A stretch of DNA of 64,000 bases from contig OZ244742.1 of assembly GCA_965219415.1 (NCBI GenBank), forward strand, positions 288,001 through 352,000, in the 5' to 3' direction. Positions 30,924 through 41,827 of the stretch are shown here, in pieces. A program made the translations under genes and the position numbers. Within the stretch, counting starts at the first letter, position 1. Each line of letters begins with the position of its first letter. Below the pieces are notes generated by a model. It was not told the origin of the DNA. It was given only the letters and a program-made list of their open reading frames with translations, and searched no databases. Source of the DNA: Candidatus Marinacidobacterales bacterium. Lineage in GTDB: Bacteria; Acidobacteriota; Vicinamibacteria; Marinacidobacterales; DATDRI01.

Positions 30924-31819
30924 ATGGATAGCAAGCAGCCTTCCTCACTGGATTTTACGTCGCTCCTCCACGAGCTCACCCTCAAGAAATGGGTCAAATC
31001 GATTCTCGGCGAGGACTGGCATGGGGCGGCAGTAGCTTCCGGCAAGATGGCGGAATCCTCGGAGCGTTTCTGGAAATGGCTCGGGTTGGTCAATCTGGCC
31101 GTAACACGCCTCTATCGCGGCCAGGGCGCCGTGTCGCTTTCGCTACTCGAACAAGCCGCCCAGGCTTACCCGGAATCGGAAGCGCTCTGCGCGTCGGCAC
31201 GGGCGGCAGCCGCGCATGTCTTCCTCGAAACCGGCCGGCCGAAGGAAGCACTCAAACAGTCCCGACTCGCTGCGACGACCGGGGCTACGCTCCCCCACCA
31301 GGAGGCACTCTTCTACCTGGCTCTCGCCCAAGCGAAGCTGGGCGAATCGAACGACGCGGCGCGAACCGCGGAAGAACTTTCGCGCCACTCGCGCGCCACC
31401 GGGCTCGGCGCGGAAATGGCGCGTTATCACCTTCTGAAGGGAGAGCTTATCTGGGCGCGCGGCGACCATTCAGAAGCAAGAGAGGAATTTCGACGGGCCG
31501 AACGGCCCTTCCGGCGAACACGACCGAGATTCCCAGCCAAAGCCTCCATCTGCCGATTTGGTTCTCGCGAGCATCCTTCGAGCTCGAAGCTGACGATTTG
31601 GTGGCGGCGGCGAACGGATTCGAGGGGATCATCAAGAGCTTCTCCCTTCACGTCGATTGGCCGATTCTCTACGTCAGAAGTTTCTACTTCCTCGGCCAGA
31701 TTCGAGAACAGCAGGGCGACGAACAGGAGGCTCAGGCCAATTATCGACGGTTTGTCGAATTCTGGAGGGAAGGGGATCTGGATCGTCGGCAGGTTCAAGC
31801 GCTCGAGAGCAAGACGTGA
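30924..31819 (+). pseudogene. TPR-like helical repeat protein, frameshifted at ~31505
   Basis: ALFYLALAQ in frame 1; YVRSFYFLGQIREQQGD...YRRFVEFW in frame 2. Confidence 0.55.
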
Positions 31820-31834
31820 GACCGGTGAGATCGG

Positions 31835-32054
31835 CTACCAGAGGCTGGCCAGTTTTCTCGCAATCGTCTCTAGAACGAAGGAATCCAGCTTTTCCTGTGC
31901 GTGGGTCGGGTACTCGGCGAACTGAACCCCCATCCCACGGGGAAGCTCGATTTCAGGAACTCCTCGCTTGGTGACCCACACCACCTCGCTCTCGATCTCC
32001 AGCACCTCCTCCGAGGTGCTCCCGACCTGAGGTAAATAGACGGTGAGGCGCGAA
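31835..32054 (-). pseudogene. C-terminal half of a PilZ-domain gene cut by the IS end
   Basis: Manual translation RLTVYLPQ...LEIESEVVWV...PRGMG(V)QF...QEKLDSFV resembles the PilZ at 17445; one indel. Confidence 0.6.
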
Positions 32055-33420
32055 GGATGTGTCCCGAGGTCCGTGGAAAAAGAACGGCACCCTCCACTCC
32101 GTCATCAGAGTATCGTATCAGGCGGCAACCTTCGCGTGTTCGAGAACCTCGCTCAGACGTTGGTAGCCGTCGATGCGTCGTAGTTGAATCTGGCCAGAGG
32201 CGATAAGCCCAAACAGCAAAGCGACCGCGGACTCCTCGCTGGAGAACGACGCTTGGGTTTTCGTCCGGCGTCGAAACTCGCGGTTGAGATTCTCCAGAGC
32301 TTTGGTCGTTCGAAACGATTTCCACATGGCACGAGGGAATTCGTAGAAGGTCAGCAGCTGATTACCGGCCTCCTCTAGGCTTCGGACGACGGCCGGCGCG
32401 AGAGGCGTCCACTTGGCGACGAGCTCGTCATAGGCTTTGCGAGCATCGAACCCGTTCTTGGCGTAGACGATCCGGTTGTAGTCACGCCGGAGCTCACGGC
32501 GTGCGTGCGCCGGGCAATGTTGGAGCAAGTTGGCGCGCTTGTGCTCGGTACATCGCTGCAACCGGCACCCCGGCCACTTCTCCAGCGCTTTCGTCAGCCC
32601 CTTGTGGCCGTCGCTGATCACTAGCTTGGGAGCCCGGAGTCCTCGAGCCTGGAGTCCCTCCAGCACGGAGCCCCAATGCGTCGAGGCTTCGCTCACCGCC
32701 AGACGCAATGACAACAGACGTTTGTGCCCGTCTGGCGCGACCCCGAGCGCGACCCGTACGGGTACGCTGATCACACGTTTCGCCATCCGCACTTTCAGGT
32801 GGAAGCCGTCCAGGTAAACGATCGCGTAGACCTCCTCGCTGAGAGCACGGTTCTGCCATTCCTCGAAGCGCTCCTTCAGCCGGCTAACCACGCGAGACAC
32901 CGCGCTCTTCGATAGGTGCTCCCCACCGAGCAGTGGTTTCAGCGCTTTGCGGACCCGGCGGCTATTCGCGCCCGACAAGTACGTCCCCAAGAGCGCCTCG
33001 TCGACCTCACGAGTCCGGCGCGCGTACCGGGGCAACAGCTCGCTCCTGAACTCTGTCGTTTCTCCCGTTTCCTCGTCTCGCACGCGGGCTCGTGGCACCC
33101 GGAGCTCGCGAGTTCCCACCGACGTCGTCACGCGACGGGTTTCGGCTCCGTTGCGATATCCACGGCGGTCTTCCGCACGCTCGTAGCTACAACACCCCAG
33201 CGCTTGGTCGACTTCTTCCTCGAGCACAACCTCGATCGCCTCCAGTACCCGCATACGCAGCCGAAGTTGGACGAACTCCCGGTACTCGCTTACAGACTCC
33301 TTCAATATGGTGGTAGGCTTCTCCATGGCGTAATCCTCCTCCTCGCCTTTCCAGGCGCGGTTTCGTTTTGCTTAACCGGAGGTTACGCCATTCTTATTTC
33401 CACGGAAGCGGGACGGATCC
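32055..33420 (-). mobile_element. IS256-family element type B (1366 bp), no target duplication
   Basis: ~35-bp imperfect IRs GGATGTGTCCCGAGGTCCGTGGAAAAAGAACGGC / GGATCCGTCCCGCTTCCGTGGAAATAAGAATGGC. Confidence 0.85.
32118..33326 (-). CDS. IS256-family transposase
   Basis: GYRNG, LRVPRAR, YLDG, ISDGHKGL, RCTEHK, LENLNREFRRRTK. Confidence 0.92.
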   Translation of the reverse strand: MEKPTTILKESVSEYREFVQLRLRMRVLEAIEVVLEEEVDQALGCCSYERAEDRRGYRNGAETRRVTTSVGTRELRVPRARVRDEETGETTEFRSELLPRYARRTREVDEALLGTYLSGANSRRVRKALKPLLGGEHLSKSAVSRVVSRLKERFEEWQNRALSEEVYAIVYLDGFHLKVRMAKRVISVPVRVALGVAPDGHKRLLSLRLAVSEASTHWGSVLEGLQARGLRAPKLVISDGHKGLTKALEKWPGCRLQRCTEHKRANLLQHCPAHARRELRRDYNRIVYAKNGFDARKAYDELVAKWTPLAPAVVRSLEEAGNQLLTFYEFPRAMWKSFRTTKALENLNREFRRRTKTQASFSSEESAVALLFGLIASGQIQLRRIDGYQRLSEVLEHAKVAA

Positions 33421-35163
33421 GTCCCTCGCGCCGGTAGAGTTCACCGAGTGTCAAAAAGTAATCAGCGTTCGTTGGGTCGAGACTGCTCGCGATCCGTAGA
33501 TTCTCCTCGGCCTCTTTCCGCCAGCTCGGATTACGGGCCAATGCCCGACCCAAGAGGTAGAAGGTACTCGGCTTCATCGTTGACCAGCTCGATGGCCTCC
33601 CGGCAGAATTGAATAGCCTCCCAAAAGTCCGTTTTGTCATACGCTTGTGTCGCCTGTTGAAAGAGGTGCCGTGCGCGCTTGCCAGCGTCTTCCTTCGGTT
33701 GCTCAGCGGCACCTTTCGCGGAGGGCGCCGCTACTTGAGTCCCGGCCACCTCGGCGGGTTCCCTTTCGACCAGGTTCGAAAGTTTCGCGAAGGCTTCCCC
33801 ACCCGGGCGAAAACGAAAGAAATTTTCTTCTGTAGGGCTGGATCCTTGATGCGATGAAAACGGTCCGGGTGGTAGCGAAATGTTTTTTTCTGGAAAGCCC
33901 GCTTCATCGTCTGGAAATCGTCACCAGGAGTTATGCCGAGAATCCGCCAATCGTCGTCGCCTTGAAACTGCTCGAACAATCGCTCGATCTCTTGGCGTTG
34001 CTCGCCGACCGAGGGCGCCCCCAGAGACTCCGTCTGAGAGCGGGCAGGCTGAGCCATCTTCGCCGCCTCGCGACCCTTCTCGCCGCTCTCGAGCTCCACG
34101 ATGCCGGAGCGCAGGAGTCCTAGCAGATTTCGGGCGGTCTCTTCTTCGGACAGCGAGCTCAACTTGAAGACGTCTGAAGGGGTGATGGTACCGTCGATGC
34201 GAGAGAGGATGAAGGCTTCTTCCGGTGAAAGCTCCACGTTCTGGAGATTCAGGAGTGGGGACGACACGGCTCGCAGCCTGCGATCATCCCTATGGAGCGC
34301 TTTGAGATGGGGCTCGATCTTAGTTGTGCGCCGAGCCTCCCTCATCAGTGTGTCGGCCACTGAGTCCTCGACACTTCGCATCGCGTCCGCAAGCTCTTGC
34401 TCGCCTCCCGCGGAGTCCCGGCGCTTGGCCTTTTCTTCTTTTTTGGGGTCCAGGAACGATGCGAGGGCGTCAAGGTGTTTCCCTGGAACGGCTTCTCACC
34501 GGCCAGACACTCGTAAGCAACGCATGCGAGGGAGAAGAGATCGGATCGGCCGTCAAGTTCGCCACCCAGAGCCTGCTCCGGAGACATGTAGTCGGGTGTT
34601 CCCAGCACACCTCCGGCCGCAGTTAGGTCGGTAGAGTCTTCGGCCTTGGCGATTCCGAAATCCGCGACCTTTACTTGCCCGGAGGAAGCAACCAAGATGT
34701 TCGCCGGTTTCACGTCCCGGTGCACAACTTTCTGGTCGTGGGCGTAGTCGAGCGCCGACGCCACTTGAGTCAGGATCTGCGTCGTCTCGGAGAGGCTCAG
34801 TTTCTTCGAAGCCATAACCGACTGGAGCGTTACCCCCTTCACGAACTCCATGACCAGAACCCTCACTTCTTCCGTCGAGACGATGTCGTAGGTCGTAACG
34901 ATGTTGGGATGGTGGAGTTGAGCCGCGACCTTTGCCTCCCGAGTAAAACGCTCCTTCAGATTGTCCATATTTTCCGGGTAGGCCAGGGTCTCGAGGGTGA
35001 AGACTTTGATGGCGACCTCGCGATCGAGCGCGGTGTCCTGGGCTCTGTAGACTTCTGCAATCGCACCGGCACCCAGCTTGTCTAGGATGTCGTAGCGCTG
35101 CCCCAGGGCCTCTGCTAAGGCGGCCCGGATGGACGCAGTGTTGGCCGATTTGGACGCTGTCAT
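33421..35163 (-). pseudogene. Ser/Thr kinase + J-domain + TPR fusion; internal deletion (~34470), frameshifts (~33795, ~33565), 3' end cut by IS
   Basis: LGAGAIAEV, VAIK, HRDVKPAN, DFG, GTPDYMSPE; LSPEEAFILSRIDG; FRYHPDRF; TPR (LLGRALARNP..KEAEENL). Confidence 0.75.
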
Positions 35164-35494
35164 GATTTTCTATGCGACCGAAGGCGCGCCTCAGATCGTG
35201 AGGGGCACCAAACAAACGCGTTGCCTCAAGTTCACGGAGCCAGGCGCCGGGGTGGCGTGGCTAGCCTCCGCCAATACTTAGCAAAATGTGTGCCTCGGGC
35301 CCGGTTCTTGAGTTGTTGCGAAACCCCAATCCAGATAACGATTTACGGGCTCTGCTCCTTGGACCCGGGCGAAGCTCGTAGGTGATTCCCAACAGGGGGT
35401 GAGGGGAAGCTCCGGAGGCCTATGCCAAAAGTTGCGTTGGGGATGCACCACGGTTGGCGCATCTTACCGAGACGGACGGCCTGCCGAACGCTTA

Positions 35495-35511
35495 CTAGGA
35501 TAGAATCCTAG
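35495..35511. promoter_or_regulatory. Inverted repeat overlapping a -10-like TAGAAT; possible operator
   Basis: CTAGGAT-AGA-ATCCTAG, 24 bp upstream of the antiporter ATG. Confidence 0.35.
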
Positions 35512-35535
35512 AGATTAGAGCTCAGAGCCTAAAAT

Positions 35536-36693
35536 ATGGAGCAGGCCACCTCGCTCATCTTGATTGCGGCTCCCGTCTTCATTCTGCCGCTACTCGCCGG
35601 ACACCTGCGCGTTCCGGCCGTCGTTTTGGAGATCATCTTCGGAATTCTCGCCGGGCCTGCGGTCCTCGACCTAATCCAAGGCTCGGAGATCCTCGACTTG
35701 TTCGCCCAGCTAGGACTCTTCCTGCTGATGTTTCTTGCAGGGTTCGAGATCGACTTCCGAAAGCTGAACGAGCAGGGTATTTCTCAGGTCGGGACGGGCT
35801 TGGCGATGTTCGCCCTCACGTTGCTCGTTTCTCATATGGTGACGCAAAGGCTTGGCTATGGGTTGTTCATGACGATGGTCTTGGCGACGACCTCTGTTGG
35901 TTTAGTGGTCCCCACTCTGCGGAATACGCGTCGCGCCTCGACACCGCTCGGTCAAACGATCCTGCTCGCCGCAATTCTGGCGGATTTTCTAACGCTGTTG
36001 GGTGTCGCCTTCTTAGCCGTGGTCCACGAACACGGCGCGAGCCTCAACTTGCTCAAGATTCCCGCCCTCTTCCTGGCCATCGTAATCGTTCTGCGCGGAC
36101 TAAGACTGGCCGTCTGGTGGTACCCCGAGCGTTTCCGGAGGCTCTTCAGCGGGGACGATCCCGAAGAGTTGGGAATCCGGGCCTGCCTGGCGCTCATGCT
36201 CGCGTTCGTCGGCCTCTCGATGGCGCTGGATGTAGAGCCGATCCTGGGTGCCTTTCTGGCCGGTACCGTGTTCGCCATGGTGTTCCGAAATCGTGGCTCA
36301 CTGGAGCACCAGCTTAACGGCTTCTCCTATGGATTCCTCATTCCTATCTTTTTCATCAATATTGGGATCCGGCTCGAGGCCAACGTTCTCTTCGATCCGA
36401 AAGTCTTCCTCCAAGCTCTCGCAGTTCTCGTCGGTGCAATCCTCGTCAAGATGATCCCTTCATTGTTCTTGATGTTGCGCGGGTTCTCCTTGCGGGAGGT
36501 ACTGGCGGCGGGGACCCTGCTGTCCGCCCGGCTGAGTCTCATCATCGCGGTGGCGACGTTGGGTGTTGAGCTAGGTCTGCTGACGACTCAAGATCGAGCC
36601 ATCGTCATTCTTCTCGCAGGCGTCACGGCGACACTGGCACCCACGATCTTTCGACAGCTCGCCCCGCCGATTCCCCAGGGCGATCGTTCTTGA
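35536..36693 (+). CDS. Cation:proton antiporter (CPA2 family)
   Basis: ~12 TM helices, LMFLAGFEID, TTSVG, ILGAFLAG, IPIFF. Confidence 0.85.
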   Translation: MEQATSLILIAAPVFILPLLAGHLRVPAVVLEIIFGILAGPAVLDLIQGSEILDLFAQLGLFLLMFLAGFEIDFRKLNEQGISQVGTGLAMFALTLLVSHMVTQRLGYGLFMTMVLATTSVGLVVPTLRNTRRASTPLGQTILLAAILADFLTLLGVAFLAVVHEHGASLNLLKIPALFLAIVIVLRGLRLAVWWYPERFRRLFSGDDPEELGIRACLALMLAFVGLSMALDVEPILGAFLAGTVFAMVFRNRGSLEHQLNGFSYGFLIPIFFINIGIRLEANVLFDPKVFLQALAVLVGAILVKMIPSLFLMLRGFSLREVLAAGTLLSARLSLIIAVATLGVELGLLTTQDRAIVILLAGVTATLAPTIFRQLAPPIPQGDRS

Positions 36694-36712
36694 GAGTATG
36701 GGCGAGCTTCGG

Positions 36713-37456
36713 TCAGTCGAAACTGTAGACGAGGGTCCTTACTTCCCCGTCACGTTGCAAAAGCACGCGGATTTCGTCTGCCTCTTGGAGGCGCGGGTAG
36801 AGCTCCATCAAAGCGTAAGGACTGTTGAGGGAAATCTCGTTGATACTCAAGAGAACATCGCCGGCTTGAATTCCAGCCTCGTCCAGCACGGTCCCTTTGG
36901 GAAGTCGCGTGATTCGAAAGCCGGTGACCACGCCTTCTTCCACACGTGGCGTAAGGCCGGTCTTGGTCAAGATAACCGGCATTTCACGGGAAAGCCTCTC
37001 TTCCAGTAGAGAGCGATGAAACTGTCTCTTCATCTCCGCCGATAATTCTGGCGTTTGCCCGTCTTCTACTTGAGCCGCGTCCATTCCTTCGGAATGATTC
37101 GCCTCGACGACAAAGGGTCTGGTGGCCCGCTGCCATTGCCCGGCGAGCGTCAGCCGAATGACGGCGTCCCCTTGCTTCAAGCGAACAGCCCCATCAGAAA
37201 CTTCGAGGAGCTCGAAACCGTAGACTTTCTCACCCACTTTCACGGCGCGCGCGAAAGTCGATCCCGGTCGACGCAGCAGGGCTACGGCGTTAGCCGGTAC
37301 GGATGCAACGATGACGCCTTCTAGAATGAGCGGGGGTTCTGTGCTCGACGCCTCCGCCTTTTGGCCGGCCGCCGCTGTCGACGGCTCCGAGAAAATGCCC
37401 ACCTGGATGAGGAACGCAAGAAGGCAAGAGGCCGTGACAACCGAGAAGCGGTTCAT
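36713..37456 (-). CDS. GspC-like protein with C-terminal PDZ domain
   Basis: LILEGVI...AVALL...VKVGE (HR-like domain); GFRITRL...AGIQAGDVLLSIN...RDGE (PDZ). Confidence 0.65.
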   Translation of the reverse strand: MNRFSVVTASCLLAFLIQVGIFSEPSTAAAGQKAEASSTEPPLILEGVIVASVPANAVALLRRPGSTFARAVKVGEKVYGFELLEVSDGAVRLKQGDAVIRLTLAGQWQRATRPFVVEANHSEGMDAAQVEDGQTPELSAEMKRQFHRSLLEERLSREMPVILTKTGLTPRVEEGVVTGFRITRLPKGTVLDEAGIQAGDVLLSINEISLNSPYALMELYPRLQEADEIRVLLQRDGEVRTLVYSFD

Positions 37457-37676
37457 GTCTGGATGCTCTGTTCGAGGATAACCAAGCGTGCCCCCGAGCG
37501 TCAAGCCGACGCCTCCAACACTGACCGAGTCGCGCCGGCCCGCCCGCCACTTTAACGCTACGGGCACGCAAAATAGGGGATGCCATTACCGGACCACGTC
37601 AGCGGCCGGTTATGGCAACGCCCTGTGCTATATTCCGGATGAGGGGGCCCCGTAACTCGCACGACCTAGGTCATCT

Positions 37677-39719
37677 ATGCCTTCCAAGCAACTGACTTCT
37701 GGCTCCGCCAGACCTCTGCTGTCTCGCCAGCCGTTCCGATTCCTCTTTCACACCCGGCTGGGCAAGGTATTCCTCGTGCTGGTGGCGCTACGGCTCTTGA
37801 GGCTATTCGGCTTCTTGCCATCGTTCGTCGATGGTATCGTCGATCTGGGCCTTGCCATCTATCTCGTCGGGTTTCTCGTGCGGGGGCTCTCGATCCTTCG
37901 CTCCAAGCTGCTGTGGTGCATCCGGCGGAAGCTCATCATTTCCTATTTGCTCATCGGCATGGTCCCCACGGTGCTCATCCTTTTCTTTTTTCTGCTGAGT
38001 CGCCTACCTCGTCTTCGGCCAGGTCAGCTCCTACATCCTTACCGCCTCGCTCCAGAAAACGGAAGCGGATACCGCTCACGCCGCCGACCTCGCGGTGATC
38101 CATTTGATCAACACGAAACAAGGTGAACTTTCCACGGCCGAGATCGAACGCGTCCTCAGGGAAAGTCTGTCTACTTTGAGCACCAATTACCCCGGAGTAT
38201 CCGCCGCATACGTTGGCGGCCCCGGTTCCGACCGCCGCGTCCTCGTCGACCAAATGCCCGACCTCTTGCCCGCCGGCGAAGAACTACCCGATTGGGCCAG
38301 CCAGGGTTACGAGGGGTTGCTCCAGATCGATAATCAATACGTCGTGGCAGGTTTCTCCCAACCTCCGAAGAACGGTGCGGCCTTTCGAGTAGTGGTCACT
38401 ATCCCTCTCGGTTCCGCGCTTCGACACATCGAGCAAGAAACCGGCCTCGAAGCCCAACAGGTGCTAAGCGCCGTCTCCGACGATAACGGAGGAGTCCAGG
38501 TAGAGTCAGGGTCCGCTCGGTCCGACCTTAATGTCCTCACCTCGTCCTCGGGTGACTCGCCCTATTCCCTTAGATGGGCTGCGCTGGTCGAAGCGCGACA
38601 GTGGGCGCCGCAAGACGCGGTGCAGGCCAACCCCGAGCCCTTGGGAATCATCCTGATTCGATTTTCGCTCCTGAATATCTATCGCGTGATCGCTACCAAC
38701 GCGCTCGAATTGGGCCGAGCCATCTTCGTATTGCTGGGGATCCTAGCCGGCTTGTTCCTCGCCATCGAAGTGTTGGCGATCTTCGTGGGCCTTCTGCTAG
38801 CGCGTTCGATCACTGGCTCGATCCACGCTCTCAGCAAGGGAACCGAACACGTGCGCCAGGGCGATTTCGGCTACAAGGTTCAGGTGCGCTCCCGTGACCA
38901 GCTAGGAGAGCTGGCGGAATCCTTCAACCTGATGACGACCAGCATCCAGGATCTTCTGAGGCAATCGGCCGAGAAGGAGCGCTTGGAAGAGGAACTGCGC
39001 ATCGCGCGTCAGATTCAGATGAGCCTGCTGCCCAAGGACGCGGTCCAAATGCCCGGACTGACTATCGCCGCCCTTTGTCTCCCCGCCACCGAGGTCGGCG
39101 GCGACTACTACGACTTCATTTCCTTGGACGAAAGGCGGATGGCGCTGCTCATCGCTGACGTCTCAGGCAAGGGGACTTCCGCGGCCCTCTATATGGCCGA
39201 GCTCAAGGGTTGGTACTGTCGTTGAGCCAAATCTACGACTCACCGCGAAAGTTGCTCGTGGAAGCCAACAAGATATTGGCGGCGAACTTGGACAGCCGAA
39301 GCTTCATCACGATGGCTTATGCGGTCATCGACATGAACGAGAAGAGGATGACCTACGCGCGCGCCGGTCATAATCCGATTTTGCAGTTGGCCGTCAACGG
39401 CAACGGTACGCGCGTTTTGGCGCCCGAGGGCCTCGGGCTGGCGCTCGATCGTGGCACTCGATTCGAGGAGATCCTTACCGAAGAATCGGTCGCCCTTCGT
39501 TCGGGGGACCTCTTTTTGTTTTTCACCGACGGTCTGTCGGAAGCCATGAATCCTCAGGCCGACTTGTTCGGCGAGTCGCGGCTGTGCGAGATCATGGAGC
39601 GCCACTCCGACCTCGCCCCCGAAGATCTCCGGGAGAGGATCATCGACGAGGTCTTCGCCTTCGCAGAAGGCGAAGACCAACATGACGACATGACCATGGT
39701 GCTGGTGCGAGTCTCCTAG
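37677..39719 (+). pseudogene. Membrane HAMP + SpoIIE/RsbU PP2C phosphatase; frameshifts at ~38000 and ~39210
   Basis: DQLGELAESFN (HAMP), ARQIQMSLLP, VGGDYYD, ADVSGKG, RAGH, FTDGLSE, DDMT. Confidence 0.85.
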
Positions 39720-39815
39720 TATGATCGCCCACCCATTAACTGCCAGTAGTTGCCCCATTTTTGGCGCCCGTAGGCACTTACGAAACCACCTGCACGAGGT
39801 TCGGGTCGAGGGGCG

Positions 39816-40550
39816 ATGTCCATAGATCCGACGAGTTGCCAAGACTCTAACTCAAGCTCCAACTTGGGGGAGCTCCAAGACATATTGGGGCATGAGTTCA
39901 AAGATCTAGGGTTATTGGAAAAAGCGTTGACCCACAAGTCCTTCGCTCACGAAGCCGGAGAGGGCTTCACTCACAACGAGTCCCTGGAGTTCTTGGGGGA
40001 CTCCATTCTCGGCTTCCTCATCACCGACATCATCTACGAGCGTTTTCCCGGGCTGGACGAAGGTCACAAATCCAAGATCAAAGCCTATCTCGTAAGCGCT
40101 GTGGCCCTTTCCGAGCTGGCCTCGAAGCTCGAGCTAGCAAAATACCTTCGCCTCGGCAAAGGCGAAGAAAAGACGGGAGGTCGACAAAAGCAAGCACTGA
40201 GGGCGAATGCGTTGGAGGCGGTGGTCGCAGCTATTTATCTCGATGCCGGTATCGACGCGGCACGCGCCTTCGTGGAACCACTCTACTCGCCTCTTTTCAC
40301 CGAGGTGCAGGGCAAGGGTGCCGCGGTGGAGGATCCCAAGACCACGCTTCAGGAACATCTGCAGGCTCAAAACCTGCCGCCGGCTCAATACGTGATCGTC
40401 AAGGAAAAAGGACCTGAGCACCGCAAGACCTTCCACGTCAACTTGCTCGTGGGAGATCGAAGACTCGCCACAACATCCGGCTCGACGAAAAAGAAGGCCG
40501 AGCTGAGAGCGGCTCGAGTCGCCCTGGAGAAGCTACGAGCTGGAGGCTAG
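39816..40550 (+). CDS. rnc: Ribonuclease III
   Basis: ALTHKS, NESLEFLGD, LEAVVAAIYLD; dsRBD DPKTTLQE. Confidence 0.95.
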   Translation: MSIDPTSCQDSNSSSNLGELQDILGHEFKDLGLLEKALTHKSFAHEAGEGFTHNESLEFLGDSILGFLITDIIYERFPGLDEGHKSKIKAYLVSAVALSELASKLELAKYLRLGKGEEKTGGRQKQALRANALEAVVAAIYLDAGIDAARAFVEPLYSPLFTEVQGKGAAVEDPKTTLQEHLQAQNLPPAQYVIVKEKGPEHRKTFHVNLLVGDRRLATTSGSTKKKAELRAARVALEKLRAGG

Positions 40551-40721
40551 TCGACTGAGTTTCGGAGGCTTTTAAGTGCTACGTTCGGGCCACAATCACC
40601 GGTAGATGAATAGGTGTGACGTGGCCAGACGTCAGTCAGGGCCGCCCGTAGATCCTTGTCTGGCGCAGTGCGGGACGCCAATATAGGTTTGCACCACTAA
40701 CCGGACGTGGCCAGGCGCCGG

Positions 40722-41792
40722 TCACGCGTCGATCCATCCCCCGCCAAGGACGACATCGTCCTCATAGAAAACCGCTGCCTGTCCTGGCGCAATGGCACGT
40801 TGTGGGGCGTCGAAATCTACTCGAATCGAGCCATCCTCTCGAGGCTCCAGCCGTGCCGGGGACTCTTGGTGACGCGATCGGATCTTCACCCGACAGCGGA
40901 TGACCCCCGTTGGCTCCGAGCGTGACACCCAGTTTACCCGCTCTGCGATGAAATGGTTCTTGTCCAGGGCGGCGCGCGGCCCTACCACCACCTGCTTCGT
41001 TGCCGCCTGGAGATCTATCACGTAGAGTGGCTCGCTAGCACTCAGTCCGAGCCCACGCCTCTGCCCAACCGTGTATCGATGAACACCATCGTGGCGCCCC
41101 AGTTCCTGCCCCGCTTGGTCGACGATCGCACCCCCAACCGCTACGGGCTCGGCTTGACGCTCGACGAACCCCTGATAGTTCCCATCTGGGACGAAACAGA
41201 TCTCCATACTTTCGTTCTTGAACGCGACCGGTAGCCCTGCTTCGGCGGCAAGCGCTCTGACCGCAGGCTTGGTCAGCTCCCCGAGCGGGAACACCGCACT
41301 GGCCAACTGCTCTTGACTCAACCCGAACAAAAAATATGATTGATCCTTGCCACCGTCGACCCCTTTCAGAAGACGGTGACGCCCGGTCGTCTCGTCCAAG
41401 TCGCTGCGAGCATAGTGCCCGGTGGCCACTGAGCCTCCCCCGAGCTGCCGAGCACGCACAACGAGCTCGTCGAACTTCAGGTAACTATTGCAGAGAACGC
41501 ACGGCGAGGGGGTGCGCCCCGCCAGGTAGTCGGAAACAAAGGGATCAATGACCCGCTCGACGAATGCCTTCTCCATCCGCATCACGTAGTACGGGATGTC
41601 GAGGATCGAGGCGACCCGCCTCGCGTCGTAGAGGTCGTCCAAGGCGCAGCAGCTGCGACCGGAGACGACCTCCCGCTGATCGTAGAGCTGCATCGAGAGA
41701 CCTATGGGCGAGGCTCCGGCCCGCTTTAGCAGAAGCGCCGCTACCGCGCTGTCGACGCCTCCACTGAGGGCAACAACGATTGGCCCCGTCAT
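40722..41792 (-). CDS. mnmA: tRNA 2-thiouridine synthase
   Basis: [44 protein letters not shown]. Confidence 0.95.
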   Translation of the reverse strand: MTGPIVVALSGGVDSAVAALLLKRAGASPIGLSMQLYDQREVVSGRSCCALDDLYDARRVASILDIPYYVMRMEKAFVERVIDPFVSDYLAGRTPSPCVLCNSYLKFDELVVRARQLGGGSVATGHYARSDLDETTGRHRLLKGVDGGKDQSYFLFGLSQEQLASAVFPLGELTKPAVRALAAEAGLPVAFKNESMEICFVPDGNYQGFVERQAEPVAVGGAIVDQAGQELGRHDGVHRYTVGQRRGLGLSASEPLYVIDLQAATKQVVVGPRAALDKNHFIAERVNWVSRSEPTGVIRCRVKIRSRHQESPARLEPREDGSIRVDFDAPQRAIAPGQAAVFYEDDVVLGGGWIDA

Positions 41793-41827
41793 CTCCGTCG
41801 GGAACTCGACAGATGTCTCGATAGTAT

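Noticed and set aside
33410-33425. Perfect 16-bp palindrome GGGACGGATCCGTCCC
   Set aside because: It straddles the IS end and host gene. Most simply it is a by-product of the junction, not an independent element.
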